Origin: an uncultured Planctomycetia bacterium
GTDB taxonomy: Bacteria > Planctomycetota > MHYJ01 > WSZJ01 > CAZYRM01
Direction of reading: 5' to 3'
NCBI GenBank assembly: GCA_964649705.1
Contig: CAZYRM010000015.1
Span: 1,119 to 65,118, forward strand
Length of the DNA stretch: 64,000 bases
Position numbers and translations under genes: made by a program
Shown: positions 42,866 through 53,133 of the stretch, one piece after another
Position numbering within the stretch: position 1 is the first letter of the stretch
Layout: the number at the start of each line of letters is the position of its first letter
The notes under the pieces: generated by a model
What the model was told of the DNA's origin: nothing
The model's database searches: none
The model's input: only the letters and a program-made list of their open reading frames with translations

Positions 42866-45800
42866 ATGGCCGACGACCTCCACGCCCAACCCCCTCCCGG
42901 CGAGCAAGCTCAGCCCACCGAGAAACTCGCAGGAGACCTACTCGGATCAGACCAGGCCGGCGCCGCCCCCTGCGTGCCTGTTCCCCTACCTCCGACAGGC
43001 TCACCGCATCCCGACGCGCCGACGATCCCGTTGAAGGGGGACGAGTGGGCTTGGCCGAACGTTCCGAAGCAGCTCGGTCCGTACGCGCTCGTCGATGAGC
43101 TGGGTCAGGGCGGAATGGGGATCGTCTTCCGAGCCCGTCACGTGAAGCTCGGCAACGACTGCGCAGTGAAGATCCTGATCGCTGGTGAACATGCCTCTCC
43201 AGAGGCGATCGCCCGGTTTCAGCGCGAGGCCGCGGCAGTCGCGAAGATGGGGAAGCACCCAAACATCGTCACGGTGCACGACCTGGGCCAGGAGGGGTCG
43301 CTCTCGTACTACGCGATGGAGCTGGTCCAGGGGGTCTCGCTGCGGAGGAAGGTCCGCGAGGAGTCGTACAAGCCGAAAGAGGCCGCGACGCTCGTCGAGA
43401 AGGTCGCGAGGGCGCTCGACTTCGCGCACAAGCACGGCGTGATCCATCGCGACATGAAGCCGGACAATGTCGTCGTGAGGGCGGACGGCGAGCCGCAGGT
43501 CATGGACTTCGGCCTCGCGAGAGACCTAAGCTCCGATGCCCAGCTCAGCGCCGCAGGGCAGGTCATGGGGACGCCCGCGTACATGGCTCCCGAGCAGGCG
43601 CGGGGCGAGGCGTTGAAGACCGATGCTCGAACGGACGTGTACGCCCTGGGGGCGATCCTCTACGAGCTGCTGACGGGGATTCCTCCTCACGGCGGGCAGG
43701 ATCTTGGCGCAATCTTCTCGAAGATCCTCCGTGGCGACATCGTCCCGCCGCGCAAGCTGCGCCCCGAGGTGCCGCGCGATGTCGAGACGGTCTGCCTCAA
43801 GTGCATGGAACTCTCGCCCGCGAGGCGCTACCAGACCGCGGAGGCGCTCGCGGACGACCTCGCGCGGTTTGTTCGCGGCGAGCCGGTGCTCGCTCGCCCC
43901 GTAGGTCGCATCTCGCGGTTCGTGCGCCGTGTGCGAAGGCATCCGCTGGTGTCGGGCCTGGTCGCGGGGATCCTCGTGCTCGCCCTCTACGCCGGCTGGC
44001 GCACCCTCGCGCCCGCACGCATCTCGCTCAAGACGAATCCGGCGGGGGCGACCGTCGAAGCGGTTGGAGCGACGCTCTGGAAGGGCGAGTGGGTCTGGCC
44101 TGCTCGCCCCTTCAAGCTGCGGGTGAGTGCCCCCGGGCATGTGCAAAGGGACGTACCCGTCTCGGTCGCGCCGGGGCAGACCACGCGGATCGCCATCATC
44201 TCGCTCGACGTCGAACCGGGCAAACTCAAACTCACCGGGTTTCCGCAGGGGGTCCGTGTGCGGATCGTCGATGTGGCAACGGGAACGGAGATGGCGGTCG
44301 TATCCCCTCCCTCGGAGAGCGTGCTTGCACCGGGTCAGTACGAGCTTGTCGGCAGCTTTCCGGGGTGCTTCCCCCGGGAGCAGCGAATCAGGATTGCGCC
44401 CGGAGAGACGAAACGTGCAAACGTGTCTGTCGAGCACCAGCTCATGTGGAAGTGCAGACCAAGCAAGGAGTGGACCACGGTACCCTTCGCGGTCGCGGAC
44501 TTGAACGCGGACGGTGTGCTCGATTGCGTCGCGGGTTCCCTCGACCACTACGTCCATGCATTGTCGGGCAAGGACGGTTCCACGCTTTGGATGGTCGACC
44601 CGGCGGACGTGACTCCCCAGCGATCGACGCCAAGCACCCCCGAGGATGTGGGCCTCGCCGGTGTGGTGATGGCATGGTCTGGCAGCGCGGTCTTCCCCTC
44701 CACGTCGATGGCGGACCTGGATCTGGACGGGGTGTTAGACTGCGTGGTCGGATTCGACAATGGCGTTTGCGCCCTCTCGGGCAGGGGCGGAGTCTTTTGG
44801 CATTACCCAACCGCCGGGGCCGTGACCTGTTCGCCCGCCCTCGTGGATCTGAATGGCGACGAGACTCCCGATGCGGTTGCAGGATCGATGGACGGAACCC
44901 TCCATGCCCTTTCGGGCAAAGACGGCACAGTCCTCTGGGAGAGGAGGGAGATCGGGACGATGACTTCCTCACCCGCGGTAGATGACCTGGACGGAGATGG
45001 GGTGGCGGATTGCGTCGTCGGCTCGCACAAGGGAGATGTGTACGCTTTCTCCGGTAGGGACGGCTCGCCCCTCTGGCGATCCGAGACTGGGGCCAATGCA
45101 TGGACCTCACGTTCCTTGGCCGATCTGAATGGAGACGGAGTACCCGACTGCGTCGTGGTCTCAGAAGACCGCAAGGTCCGCGCGCTTTCGGGCAAGGACG
45201 GCCGCGCCCTCTGGGCATACGAGGCGCAGAGGGAGTTCACCTCCGCTGCGACTCTGGGCGACATCTCTGTCGATGGCGTCCCCGACTGCGTCGTCGCCTC
45301 CCTCGATGGCTGGGTACATGCGCTATCTGGAGTGAACGGCTCGCCCCTGTGGAGATTCAAGAACAATTTGCTCCTTGGATCGTACGCAACCATGGTCGAC
45401 GTGAATGCCGACGGCGTGCCGGACTGCGTGCTCGGCTGCGGACGCAGCCTCTACGCGCTCTCTGGAAGGGACGGCTCGATCGTGTGGCAGTACGACACGC
45501 CCCAGACCGTCTATGCTCCTGTGCTCGCGGACCTTCGCGGCGATGGTGTCCTCTCGGTCGTCGTTGGCTCGGATGACAAGAACGTCTATGCACTCTCGGC
45601 GATGGACGATTTCACCCTCTGGAGCTTCCAAACGGGGTCCTGTAGTCTCTCCCCTCCCATCCCCACCGACCTGAATGGCGACTCGGTGCCGGACTCGGTT
45701 GTCGCATCCAGAGAACATGCGGTCTATGCCCTATCGGGGCAGGACGGCGCGATTCTCTGGACGTTCGAGGTTTCCGGCCGGGCCGAGGTCTCCCGTCAAC

Positions 45801-47926
45801 TCGCGGATCTAAACGCGGATGGTGTCCCCGATTGCTGCGCAGCCGGCGATGACGGCAGGGTATCCGCTCTTTCAGGAAGGAACGGGGAAGTGCTCTGGAC
45901 CTACGTGGGGGAGGGCGACGTCCATTCCTCCCCGGCCCTGGCCGATCTGGACGGAGACGGAACTGCCGAGTGCGTCGTTGCCACCCAGAACGGGAACGTC
46001 TATGCGGTTGCGGGACGAACGCCCTCCTGCCTCTGGACGGCCTCAGTGCACAGCCCGCCGAGTACGGCTCTAGAGTTCGCGGATGTGGACAAGGATGGCC
46101 GGCTGGACTGCATCCTGGGTTCCGAAGACGGATGCGTGACGGCACTCTCGGGCAAGGACGGACGACAAGTGTGGAAGTCCTCCAACTTGCGGGACGAATT
46201 CGACCACCCTCACGTCCCCGATTGGCTCTCCGTCGCGGACCTCAATGGAGATGGCCAGCTCGACGCCGTAGTACAAGAAAACGTGGGCTTCGTTTGCGTA
46301 CTCTCAGGCCAGGACGGCTCGGTCGTCTTTTCCCGGTTCGAAACTGGCACTGGCGGCGGCGCACCGATCCTGCTCGACCTGGATGGAGACGGCGTGGTCG
46401 ACACCATCGGTGGGCACCTCGATGCGGAGATAACGCCTTGGGTGATTGCCAGGTCGGGAGCATCTGGTCAAGTGCTCTGGGCCTGTCCAACCGACGAGAC
46501 CGTGGTCTGCGGGGCGGCCTTGAAGGACCGGAATGGCGACGGGGTCCCGGACTGCGCCTTCGGAGCCTCGGATGGGAGTGTCGTCATCCTGTCGGGCAAG
46601 GACGGATCGCTGCTCTTTGGGACCAAGAGGAACGGAGAGAATCCGTTTTCCATTTCGCCTTGCGACCTGGACCGTGACGGCATCCAAGAGATGATCGTCA
46701 CGTGGGGAGACCGCATCGAGGCGATTCGGGGCAGACCCTCGCGGTCTCTCACAACAACGCGTGAACTCCGCGTGACGGATGCCGTCACCACCTTCGGCGA
46801 GCGCCGGGTGCACGGCAACTGGGTCTCGTTGGCCGACGAGGCGAGTCAGTGCCTGACGCGCAGCCGAGACCGCTGGGTGAAGTCGACCTGCTGGTTGAAT
46901 CTGGGGCTTGCGCGGTTGCACTTGGGCGATCCTGAGGGCGCGCGAGGCGCGCTTGCCGAGGCGAGGGCGCTCGGACTGCGATCTCCTGAGGGCGCCGTCT
47001 TCGAATGGGTCGCATCATGGAGGTGGTCGGGTTGCCCCTCCAGCATCCACGAGGATACAGCTCGGGCACTCAGTGAGGCACTTGCATTTGAGCCGCACCA
47101 GGTCTTTGACGGGTTTTGCGAGGTGAGAGACCTCCTCACGGGCCAGTGCATCGCCGACCTCGGCCCGATGTCGGATTTCACTTCGGAGCACGGTGACGCC
47201 TACATCGCGGCAAACATGCTCTTCGCGGTGTTCGCCTCCAGGCAGGACATTCCCAGGGACTGGGCCAAGCAGCTCCCGGCGGACCGAATGCCCCTGGTGG
47301 AGGAGGCCGTCTTGGAGAAGGTGCGCACGGGCGCCCACGGCGTTGCTCGCTGGCACGGGTATCTCGCGCTGCTCGCGGGGCTTCAGGGCGACATGGGTCG
47401 GTTCTGGCTCGCCTTCGAGAACTACCTCCACATGCCATTTTGCGGTCGGTCGCTGGACGGGCTGATCGAGAAAGTCGCCAGACAGTACGGTGCGGGGCAG
47501 GAGGAGGGCCGCACGCTGGCCCCCCAGTGGATGCAGGATTGGTTTAAGGGTAACGACGCTTTCCTACGTGCGGACTATGCTGCCGCACGAGAGCTGTTCG
47601 AGCAGGCCCTTGCCGCCGCACCGAATGACGCGAGATCGATGACCCAGGTTTCTGCGACGGCGTTGCAGACATGCCACTACACCCTTGCGGTGATCTACTC
47701 TCTCGCAAGCGTGGGCAAGGACGCGCCCTCGGTGGAGGCTCATCCCATCGACGCGGGCCAGGCTGCTCGGCTTCGGGACCAGGCGTTCCAGCACCTTGAG
47801 GCGGCGTTGGCGCTCGAAGGCCAAGGAGAGTACTCCCTCGGCCATGCGATTCCCACGAATGACAACTTGGCCCCCCTCCACGATGATCTGCGTTGGAAGG
47901 AGCTTCTCGGCCGCTTGGGCAAGTAG
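42866..47926 (+). CDS. Membrane Ser/Thr protein kinase with PEGA-like, FG-GAP/PQQ-like propeller and helical C-terminal domains
   Basis: LGQGGMGIV, AVKIL, HRDMKPDN, DFGLA, GTPAYMAPEQ; TM; 16 repeats of D(L/V)(N/D)xDGxxD. Confidence 0.93.
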   Translation: MADDLHAQPPPGEQAQPTEKLAGDLLGSDQAGAAPCVPVPLPPTGSPHPDAPTIPLKGDEWAWPNVPKQLGPYALVDELGQGGMGIVFRARHVKLGNDCAVKILIAGEHASPEAIARFQREAAAVAKMGKHPNIVTVHDLGQEGSLSYYAMELVQGVSLRRKVREESYKPKEAATLVEKVARALDFAHKHGVIHRDMKPDNVVVRADGEPQVMDFGLARDLSSDAQLSAAGQVMGTPAYMAPEQARGEALKTDARTDVYALGAILYELLTGIPPHGGQDLGAIFSKILRGDIVPPRKLRPEVPRDVETVCLKCMELSPARRYQTAEALADDLARFVRGEPVLARPVGRISRFVRRVRRHPLVSGLVAGILVLALYAGWRTLAPARISLKTNPAGATVEAVGATLWKGEWVWPARPFKLRVSAPGHVQRDVPVSVAPGQTTRIAIISLDVEPGKLKLTGFPQGVRVRIVDVATGTEMAVVSPPSESVLAPGQYELVGSFPGCFPREQRIRIAPGETKRANVSVEHQLMWKCRPSKEWTTVPFAVADLNADGVLDCVAGSLDHYVHALSGKDGSTLWMVDPADVTPQRSTPSTPEDVGLAGVVMAWSGSAVFPSTSMADLDLDGVLDCVVGFDNGVCALSGRGGVFWHYPTAGAVTCSPALVDLNGDETPDAVAGSMDGTLHALSGKDGTVLWERREIGTMTSSPAVDDLDGDGVADCVVGSHKGDVYAFSGRDGSPLWRSETGANAWTSRSLADLNGDGVPDCVVVSEDRKVRALSGKDGRALWAYEAQREFTSAATLGDISVDGVPDCVVASLDGWVHALSGVNGSPLWRFKNNLLLGSYATMVDVNADGVPDCVLGCGRSLYALSGRDGSIVWQYDTPQTVYAPVLADLRGDGVLSVVVGSDDKNVYALSAMDDFTLWSFQTGSCSLSPPIPTDLNGDSVPDSVVASREHAVYALSGQDGAILWTFEVSGRAEVSRQLADLNADGVPDCCAAGDDGRVSALSGRNGEVLWTYVGEGDVHSSPALADLDGDGTAECVVATQNGNVYAVAGRTPSCLWTASVHSPPSTALEFADVDKDGRLDCILGSEDGCVTALSGKDGRQVWKSSNLRDEFDHPHVPDWLSVADLNGDGQLDAVVQENVGFVCVLSGQDGSVVFSRFETGTGGGAPILLDLDGDGVVDTIGGHLDAEITPWVIARSGASGQVLWACPTDETVVCGAALKDRNGDGVPDCAFGASDGSVVILSGKDGSLLFGTKRNGENPFSISPCDLDRDGIQEMIVTWGDRIEAIRGRPSRSLTTTRELRVTDAVTTFGERRVHGNWVSLADEASQCLTRSRDRWVKSTCWLNLGLARLHLGDPEGARGALAEARALGLRSPEGAVFEWVASWRWSGCPSSIHEDTARALSEALAFEPHQVFDGFCEVRDLLTGQCIADLGPMSDFTSEHGDAYIAANMLFAVFASRQDIPRDWAKQLPADRMPLVEEAVLEKVRTGAHGVARWHGYLALLAGLQGDMGRFWLAFENYLHMPFCGRSLDGLIEKVARQYGAGQEEGRTLAPQWMQDWFKGNDAFLRADYAAARELFEQALAAAPNDARSMTQVSATALQTCHYTLAVIYSLASVGKDAPSVEAHPIDAGQAARLRDQAFQHLEAALALEGQGEYSLGHAIPTNDNLAPLHDDLRWKELLGRLGK

Positions 47927-47972
47927 ACGGATTCGGTCGATTCAGGGCCACGGGAGGTCGATCCCGTGGGAA

Positions 47973-48203
47973 TCGAGCTCGCTCGAGGACTGAGAGAGCC
48001 TACTCGAGGGTCAATCGAGCTCGATTGCAGACCCTTTGAGGGCGATCGAGGGCCGATCGAGCCTGCTCGCATGCGATTCGGGCTCGATCGGTGCCCGATC
48101 GAGCTCGATCGCCCATTGAGCGAGCCTGTTCGCGGACCCATCGAGCTTGATTGCGGGCCGAGCGAGCCTGCGATCGACGCCATCGAGCACGAATCTGCCC
48201 CCC
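47973..48203 (+). repeat. Degenerate 21-nt tandem array (11 units)
   Basis: TCGAGC-like heads every 21 nt from 47973 to 48183. Confidence 0.85.
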
Positions 48204-48460
48204 CGCCGTCCAACGCCTGAACGGCCCGTCCAACCGTTGGACCGGTCACGAGCGCGCTTGTGACGGCGAGAGACACCCCGCAACCCGCCATCCGCAACGC
48301 GCGGCGACACTTGCGGACAATCCTGAGCGCGACCGTCGGTCTGGCATCGCAGGTGCATCTCACATTCCCGTCCGCGGTCGCGCGCGCGCCGCGGACGCGG
48401 GATGGCGACGCACTGTGCCGAGCCGCCCGAGGAAGCGACGCGCGAGAAAGGAAGGGAGCC

Positions 48461-48847
48461 ATGGCGAAATCGCAGATTCCGTCGAAGCCCGAGCTGCTCG
48501 TGGCGATGGTGACGCGGATGATCGAGGGCGATGAGATGCACAAGTCGGAGAACCCGTTGCCCGCGAAGGTCCGAAAGGCGATCGAGGACGCGCTGGCGAC
48601 CCTCGATCCCGTCTACCGCCGCCTCCTGCAGTCCAAGGTCGACTACCTCGAGCTGCGTCAACAGTTCGTGGAAGCTCGGAAGGCGACGCTCAAGGTCGTC
48701 CGGTCGGCTCGCGACGCGGTGTACGGGCTGTACTCCCGCGCTGACAAGACCATCGGCGACTACGGGCTCGTCAACCCGAAGATCGGTCGGCGGTCCAGGA
48801 AGGAAGAGAAGCACGATGGATCGAAGCCCGCTTCCAACGCGGCGTAG
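48461..48847 (+). CDS. Hypothetical helical protein (128 aa)
   Basis: AAGGGAG RBS; amphipathic helices; basic tail; terminator-like hairpin follows. Confidence 0.8.
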   Translation: MAKSQIPSKPELLVAMVTRMIEGDEMHKSENPLPAKVRKAIEDALATLDPVYRRLLQSKVDYLELRQQFVEARKATLKVVRSARDAVYGLYSRADKTIGDYGLVNPKIGRRSRKEEKHDGSKPASNAA

Positions 48848-48856
48848 TCCAACGGG

Positions 48857-48890
48857 GGAGGAGGTCGGTTGCCCGGCCTCCTCCTCTTCA
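48857..48890 (+). terminator. Putative intrinsic terminator
   Basis: GGAGGAGGTCGG-TTGC-CCGGCCTCCTCC followed by a pyrimidine run. Confidence 0.55.
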
Positions 48891-49129
48891 TTCCGAACGT
48901 CCACGCCCTCTCGCGCGGCTTGAGGCGCTGCCGCGTCACCTGTTTCCAGAAGGTGCTCGAAAACCCAGCAGTCGAATCCGCGACTGCTGGAAAAACCAGC
49001 ACTTTCCCCTCGGGCGGATTCTGGACGATCAGCACGAAACCTCTTCAGTCCCTGTACGTTGCGGGAATTCAGCGCCCCTGGCACGGCCCGTGCCTTTCTC
49101 CTGTGGCCTCCATGCAGGAGAAGACGGAC

Positions 49130-51157
49130 ATGAGCACACCGCGAACGAACGGCCGACGATCGACTCGACAGCCCGACCGCCCCCGCGCGAAGACCCCGCA
49201 CGCCGCGCGAATCTACTCGCGCCGCCCTCGCCGCCGGCGCGAATCGGCCCTCTCCATCTACCTCCCCATCGGTGTGGTCCTCTCATGTCTCATCTTCGGG
49301 CTCGTCGCATGGGTCCGCCACGAGACCCCGCCCGCTGTGCGACCGGAGACCGCGAGCGCTCCGACGGTCGACGCCCCGGCGCCGACCGAACGACCCGGGC
49401 ACGTGACCCGCGCTCCGATCGCCCCTGACGGCTCCCTCGACAGGGACTCCGGCGCCGCGCCGCCCGTGGCGCCCCCCCGCATCGCGGTCGAACCGAAGCC
49501 GTCTCCGACGGAGGTCCCCCTGACCGCCCAGCCCGCACCCGATCCGCCCGCCGCCGCGCGCGAACCCGTCCGCCTGCCGGCCGAGATCGACGCCCTGCTC
49601 GCCCGCGCCGAGGAAGCGGCCAGGCGCCGCCGCTACCGCGCCGCGTCCGAGGAAGCGAGGCGAATCCTCGACAGGATTCCCGCGGACCACCCGTCGCGCC
49701 CGGTCGTCGAGCCGCGCGCCAATGACCTGATCGACCTCGCGAGACTCTTCGCCGACTTCCTGGCCGCCAGTTCCGGGTTGTCCGATCGAAGCTGGCCGAT
49801 CTCCACGGACCTCACCGGGACGATCGAGGGGGCCACGGAGGAGCGCCTCTCCGTGAAGGTGGGCGCCGCCCGCTCCGGCGTCGCGTGGGCCGACGTCCCC
49901 GCGGAGCGGATGCTCGACCTCTTCCGCCGCGCCGGTGCCCGGGACGCGTACGCCCTCGCGGTCTTCTGCTTCGACAACGGCCTCCAGGTGGAGGGGAGCC
50001 GTGAGCTTAACCGCCTCATCGAGCGAGCGCCGGAGCAGGCGCCCCGCGCGTACGGCCTCGTAGGGCGCGTGCGCGGAGTGGCCGTCTCGACCGACGGGTT
50101 CCTGTTCCACGAGGGCCGGTGGCTCACTCGGGCCGAGCGAGACCTCGCTGTCCTCGAGACGAAGATCCAGACGCTCGCCGATCGCATCCGGAAGGGATCG
50201 GACGACGAGACCGCCTCCGCGGTCGAGGAATTCGAAGAGCTGCTCTCGCGGCTGGAGCCGCGCCCCGGCTTCGCGCAGGAGGCGAGGGCGCTCCGCGCGT
50301 CGTCGCTCGAGGCGCGCCGCGATGCGCTGGTGGAGCGGCTGCAGGGTCTCCCCGCGATGGCGGCAATCGAGCGCATGAAGTCCCTCAAGGGCGAGCTGAA
50401 CGCCGCGCGCGCCGAGGCGATGCGCGTGATCTTCGACAATGGAGTCTACCCGGACGAGGACCACGGCCGCCGAGGTCAGCCTGCCGTCGACAAGCGGGTC
50501 CGCCTGGTCCGCGAGTTGTGGGAGAAGCCCGCGGTGACCCTGCCGGGCTCGCCCAGACCGTGCCTGGAGGGCCTCGAGGCCCTCCTCGCGCTGGAGGGGC
50601 TGCTGGGGCAGCACGGGGGATTGGGACGGCGGGACGGGGAGTGGCGGCGGCTCCTTTCGATGCTCGAACGTCCGGTCAGCGTGCGCACCGTGTCCCTCGA
50701 CGACCGGGAGCAGGAGGTCATCGACCACAACCTAAGGGTTGCGGAGTACAACGCGGGACTGAACACGGACATGGCGCCCGAGGAGGTGCGGGTTGTCGAG
50801 CTGGTGAACGGGTACCGCGAGATGCTGGGTCTGAAGATCCTCGAGTTCGACGGCGCGCTCGCCGCGGCGGCGCGTGCGCACTCGGAGGACATGGAGGCGC
50901 GCGGCTTCTTCGCCCACGTCAACCCGGACGGGAAGAGCCCGTCCGATCGCTGCTTGGGGAGCGGGTACCCGAGCAGGATGGTGGGCGAGAACATCGCCAT
51001 GGGCATGTATACGGCCGAGGAGGCCCACGACGCCTGGTACCGGAGCTCGGGTCACCACCGGAACATGCTCGACGCGGGGTACACGCAGATGGGCTGCGGA
51101 CGATCCGGAGCGTACTGGACGGAGAACTTCGGCGCCGCCCCGGCGGAGGCGAAGTAG
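49130..51157 (+). CDS. Membrane-anchored protein with a C-terminal CAP (SCP) domain
   Basis: AGGAG RBS; TM; Pro-rich linker; LVNGYR...AARAHSEDM...FFAH...GENIA...W.RSSGHHRNML. Confidence 0.85.
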   Translation: MSTPRTNGRRSTRQPDRPRAKTPHAARIYSRRPRRRRESALSIYLPIGVVLSCLIFGLVAWVRHETPPAVRPETASAPTVDAPAPTERPGHVTRAPIAPDGSLDRDSGAAPPVAPPRIAVEPKPSPTEVPLTAQPAPDPPAAAREPVRLPAEIDALLARAEEAARRRRYRAASEEARRILDRIPADHPSRPVVEPRANDLIDLARLFADFLAASSGLSDRSWPISTDLTGTIEGATEERLSVKVGAARSGVAWADVPAERMLDLFRRAGARDAYALAVFCFDNGLQVEGSRELNRLIERAPEQAPRAYGLVGRVRGVAVSTDGFLFHEGRWLTRAERDLAVLETKIQTLADRIRKGSDDETASAVEEFEELLSRLEPRPGFAQEARALRASSLEARRDALVERLQGLPAMAAIERMKSLKGELNAARAEAMRVIFDNGVYPDEDHGRRGQPAVDKRVRLVRELWEKPAVTLPGSPRPCLEGLEALLALEGLLGQHGGLGRRDGEWRRLLSMLERPVSVRTVSLDDREQEVIDHNLRVAEYNAGLNTDMAPEEVRVVELVNGYREMLGLKILEFDGALAAAARAHSEDMEARGFFAHVNPDGKSPSDRCLGSGYPSRMVGENIAMGMYTAEEAHDAWYRSSGHHRNMLDAGYTQMGCGRSGAYWTENFGAAPAEAK

Positions 51158-51249
51158 AGAGGACTCCCGCGGAAGGCGGCTCTCTCACGCCCGACTTGAC
51201 AGCGCCCCGCGCGCGGAGTACGAATGGAGCCGCGTTGGGAGCGCTCGCC

Positions 51250-51684
51250 ATGATCGAGACCGACCACATCGCGCGGTGGCTCAAGCAGCCCTTCGAGGTC
51301 GACGAGGAGCAGGCCCGCGACCTGACCACCGACTTCGAGATCGCCATCTGCGAGGCCCTCCTCCGCGACGACCCCGACCATATCCCCGCCCTCGCCGCCG
51401 TCGGGCACATCTACACCCGCTCGGGGGAGCACGACAAGGCCCTCGCCATCGACCGGCGCCTCGCCGTCCTCCTGCCGACCGACCCGATCGCCCACTACAA
51501 CCTCGCGTGCTCCCTCTCGAACCTCGAGGAGGTCGACGAGGCCCTTGTCGAGCTGCAGCGCTCCATCGACCTGGGGTACGTCGACCACCAGTTCATGATG
51601 AAGGACCCCGACCTCGAGAACGCGCGCAGCCACCCGCGCTTCCGCTCCCTCCTCGATCGGGCACGCCGCAAGAGCCGTGGATAG
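51250..51684 (+). CDS. Small TPR protein
   Basis: PIAHYNLACSLS...KDPDLENAR.HPRF. Confidence 0.82.
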   Translation: MIETDHIARWLKQPFEVDEEQARDLTTDFEIAICEALLRDDPDHIPALAAVGHIYTRSGEHDKALAIDRRLAVLLPTDPIAHYNLACSLSNLEEVDEALVELQRSIDLGYVDHQFMMKDPDLENARSHPRFRSLLDRARRKSRG

Positions 51685-52092
51685 CCCGACGAACGGGCTG
51701 CCCGCGGTCGAGATCCGCGGCCTCGCCAAGCGCTATGGGACCTTCGACGCCGTCTCCGGGATCGACCTCTCCGTCCCCGCGGAGAGCTGTTCGCCCTCCT
51801 CGGCCCCAACGGCGCCGGGAAGACCACCACGATCCGGATGCTCATGGGGATCCTCCAGCCCACCGGCGGGACCGCCCTCGTGGACGGCCTCGACTGCTTC
51901 CAGGACCGCGTCGAGGTCAAGCGCCGCGTGGGGATCATCGACAGAGGAAAGCTCGCCGCGGTCGGAACGCTCGAGGAGCTGCGCGCGAGCCTGGCACGCG
52001 GGGGATCGCTCGCGGAGATCTTCTTCGCCGTCACGGGGGACGGCGTTCCCCCGATCCAGGGGGACGGCGCCGCCTCGGGAGCGCCCGCCTGA
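51677..52092 (+). pseudogene. ABC ATPase pseudogene (frameshift + internal deletion)
   Basis: -1 frameshift near 51781 before GPNGAGKT; RRVG joins directly to IIDRGK, so signature and Walker B are absent. Confidence 0.85.
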
Positions 52093-53111
52093 TGCCTCCC
52101 GCCCAGCAAGCCGGCCTTGCCGGGCCCGGCGCGCCTGCGCCACCGCGTGAGGGAACCGCACGGAAGGGCGGAAAGGGCGGCTTCGGGCTCGTCTTCCTCG
52201 GAGCCCTCTTCCTCTTCTACGGAATCATGTTCTCGAGCAGCTTCGTGGCGCGCATCGGCGCGGCGCTCGACAAGGGATCCTCGGACCCGCGGATCCCCCT
52301 CCCGAGGAGCCTCTACCGCCAGGTCCAGCGCGCGGAGCACGCGATCCGGGAGCTCCGCCTCGACGATTCGTCCGACACGCCCGTCGTGCGGAGGACCAAG
52401 GAGGCGTCCCGCGGCCAGGTCATCGCCGACCTCACGACGAGCTTCGAGATCCGCCTCAAGCCGATGGGCCACTCGGACGCCGAGTGCCGGGAGAGGGCCT
52501 CCGAATGGGCCGGCGCCTTTGTGAAGCAGGGGGTCGCCGCCTTCCGCGAGACCAGGGAGGCGGGCACGGTCCTGCTCCTGTCCTACGTCCTCGCGGGCGT
52601 GGTGACGGCGCTCGCGACGCTGGCCGTGTTCCGCGAGAAGAGGGTCCCGGAGGTGCTTGTCAGGGTGGGGCTTCGCAACCCCGAGGCGTCGATCGGGAGG
52701 TCGCTCCTCGCGGGGCTGATCGCGGGCTCGGCCGCGGCGGCGTTCGGGGCGGTCTACCTGCTCGCGCTGAAGCATGTCCCCGCGCTGAGGTCGCTCTTCG
52801 GCGAGGACGCCGCTGCGACTCGCCCCGCGATGTGGCTCATCGCGCTCGCGGTGGCGGCGGCGCCGCTGTTCGAGGAGTTCCTGTTCCGTGGCCTCCTCTA
52901 CCAGGGGCTGCGCCGCTCATTCCGCCCGTGGGTGGCGGTGGCCACGAGCGCGACGATCTTCGCGATCGTGCACCCGCCCGTCTCGGCGCTCCCGGTGTTC
53001 GTCCTGGGCGTGGCGACGGCGCTGGCCTTCGACCGCACGCGCCTCCTCCTCGCGCCCATGGTCGCCCACGCGGTCTACAACGCCGCCGTCCTCGGCCTCC
53101 AGGCGCGCTGA
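52092..53111 (+). CDS. Permease-fragment/CPBP protease fusion, probably internally deleted
   Basis: Permease-like N-terminus; C-terminal FEEFLFRG, FAIVH, AHAVYN. Confidence 0.72.
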   Translation: MPPAQQAGLAGPGAPAPPREGTARKGGKGGFGLVFLGALFLFYGIMFSSSFVARIGAALDKGSSDPRIPLPRSLYRQVQRAEHAIRELRLDDSSDTPVVRRTKEASRGQVIADLTTSFEIRLKPMGHSDAECRERASEWAGAFVKQGVAAFRETREAGTVLLLSYVLAGVVTALATLAVFREKRVPEVLVRVGLRNPEASIGRSLLAGLIAGSAAAAFGAVYLLALKHVPALRSLFGEDAAATRPAMWLIALAVAAAPLFEEFLFRGLLYQGLRRSFRPWVAVATSATIFAIVHPPVSALPVFVLGVATALAFDRTRLLLAPMVAHAVYNAAVLGLQAR

Positions 53112-53133
53112 CCCTCCGTGGGGATGTGAAACC

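Noticed and set aside
47973-48203. Possible CRISPR array
   Set aside because: Contiguous degenerate 21-nt units with no unique spacers, no conserved repeat and no cas genes.
51196-51225. TTGACA hexamers at 51196 and 26397 as sigma70 promoters
   Set aside because: No convincing -10 element at 16-18 nt spacing.
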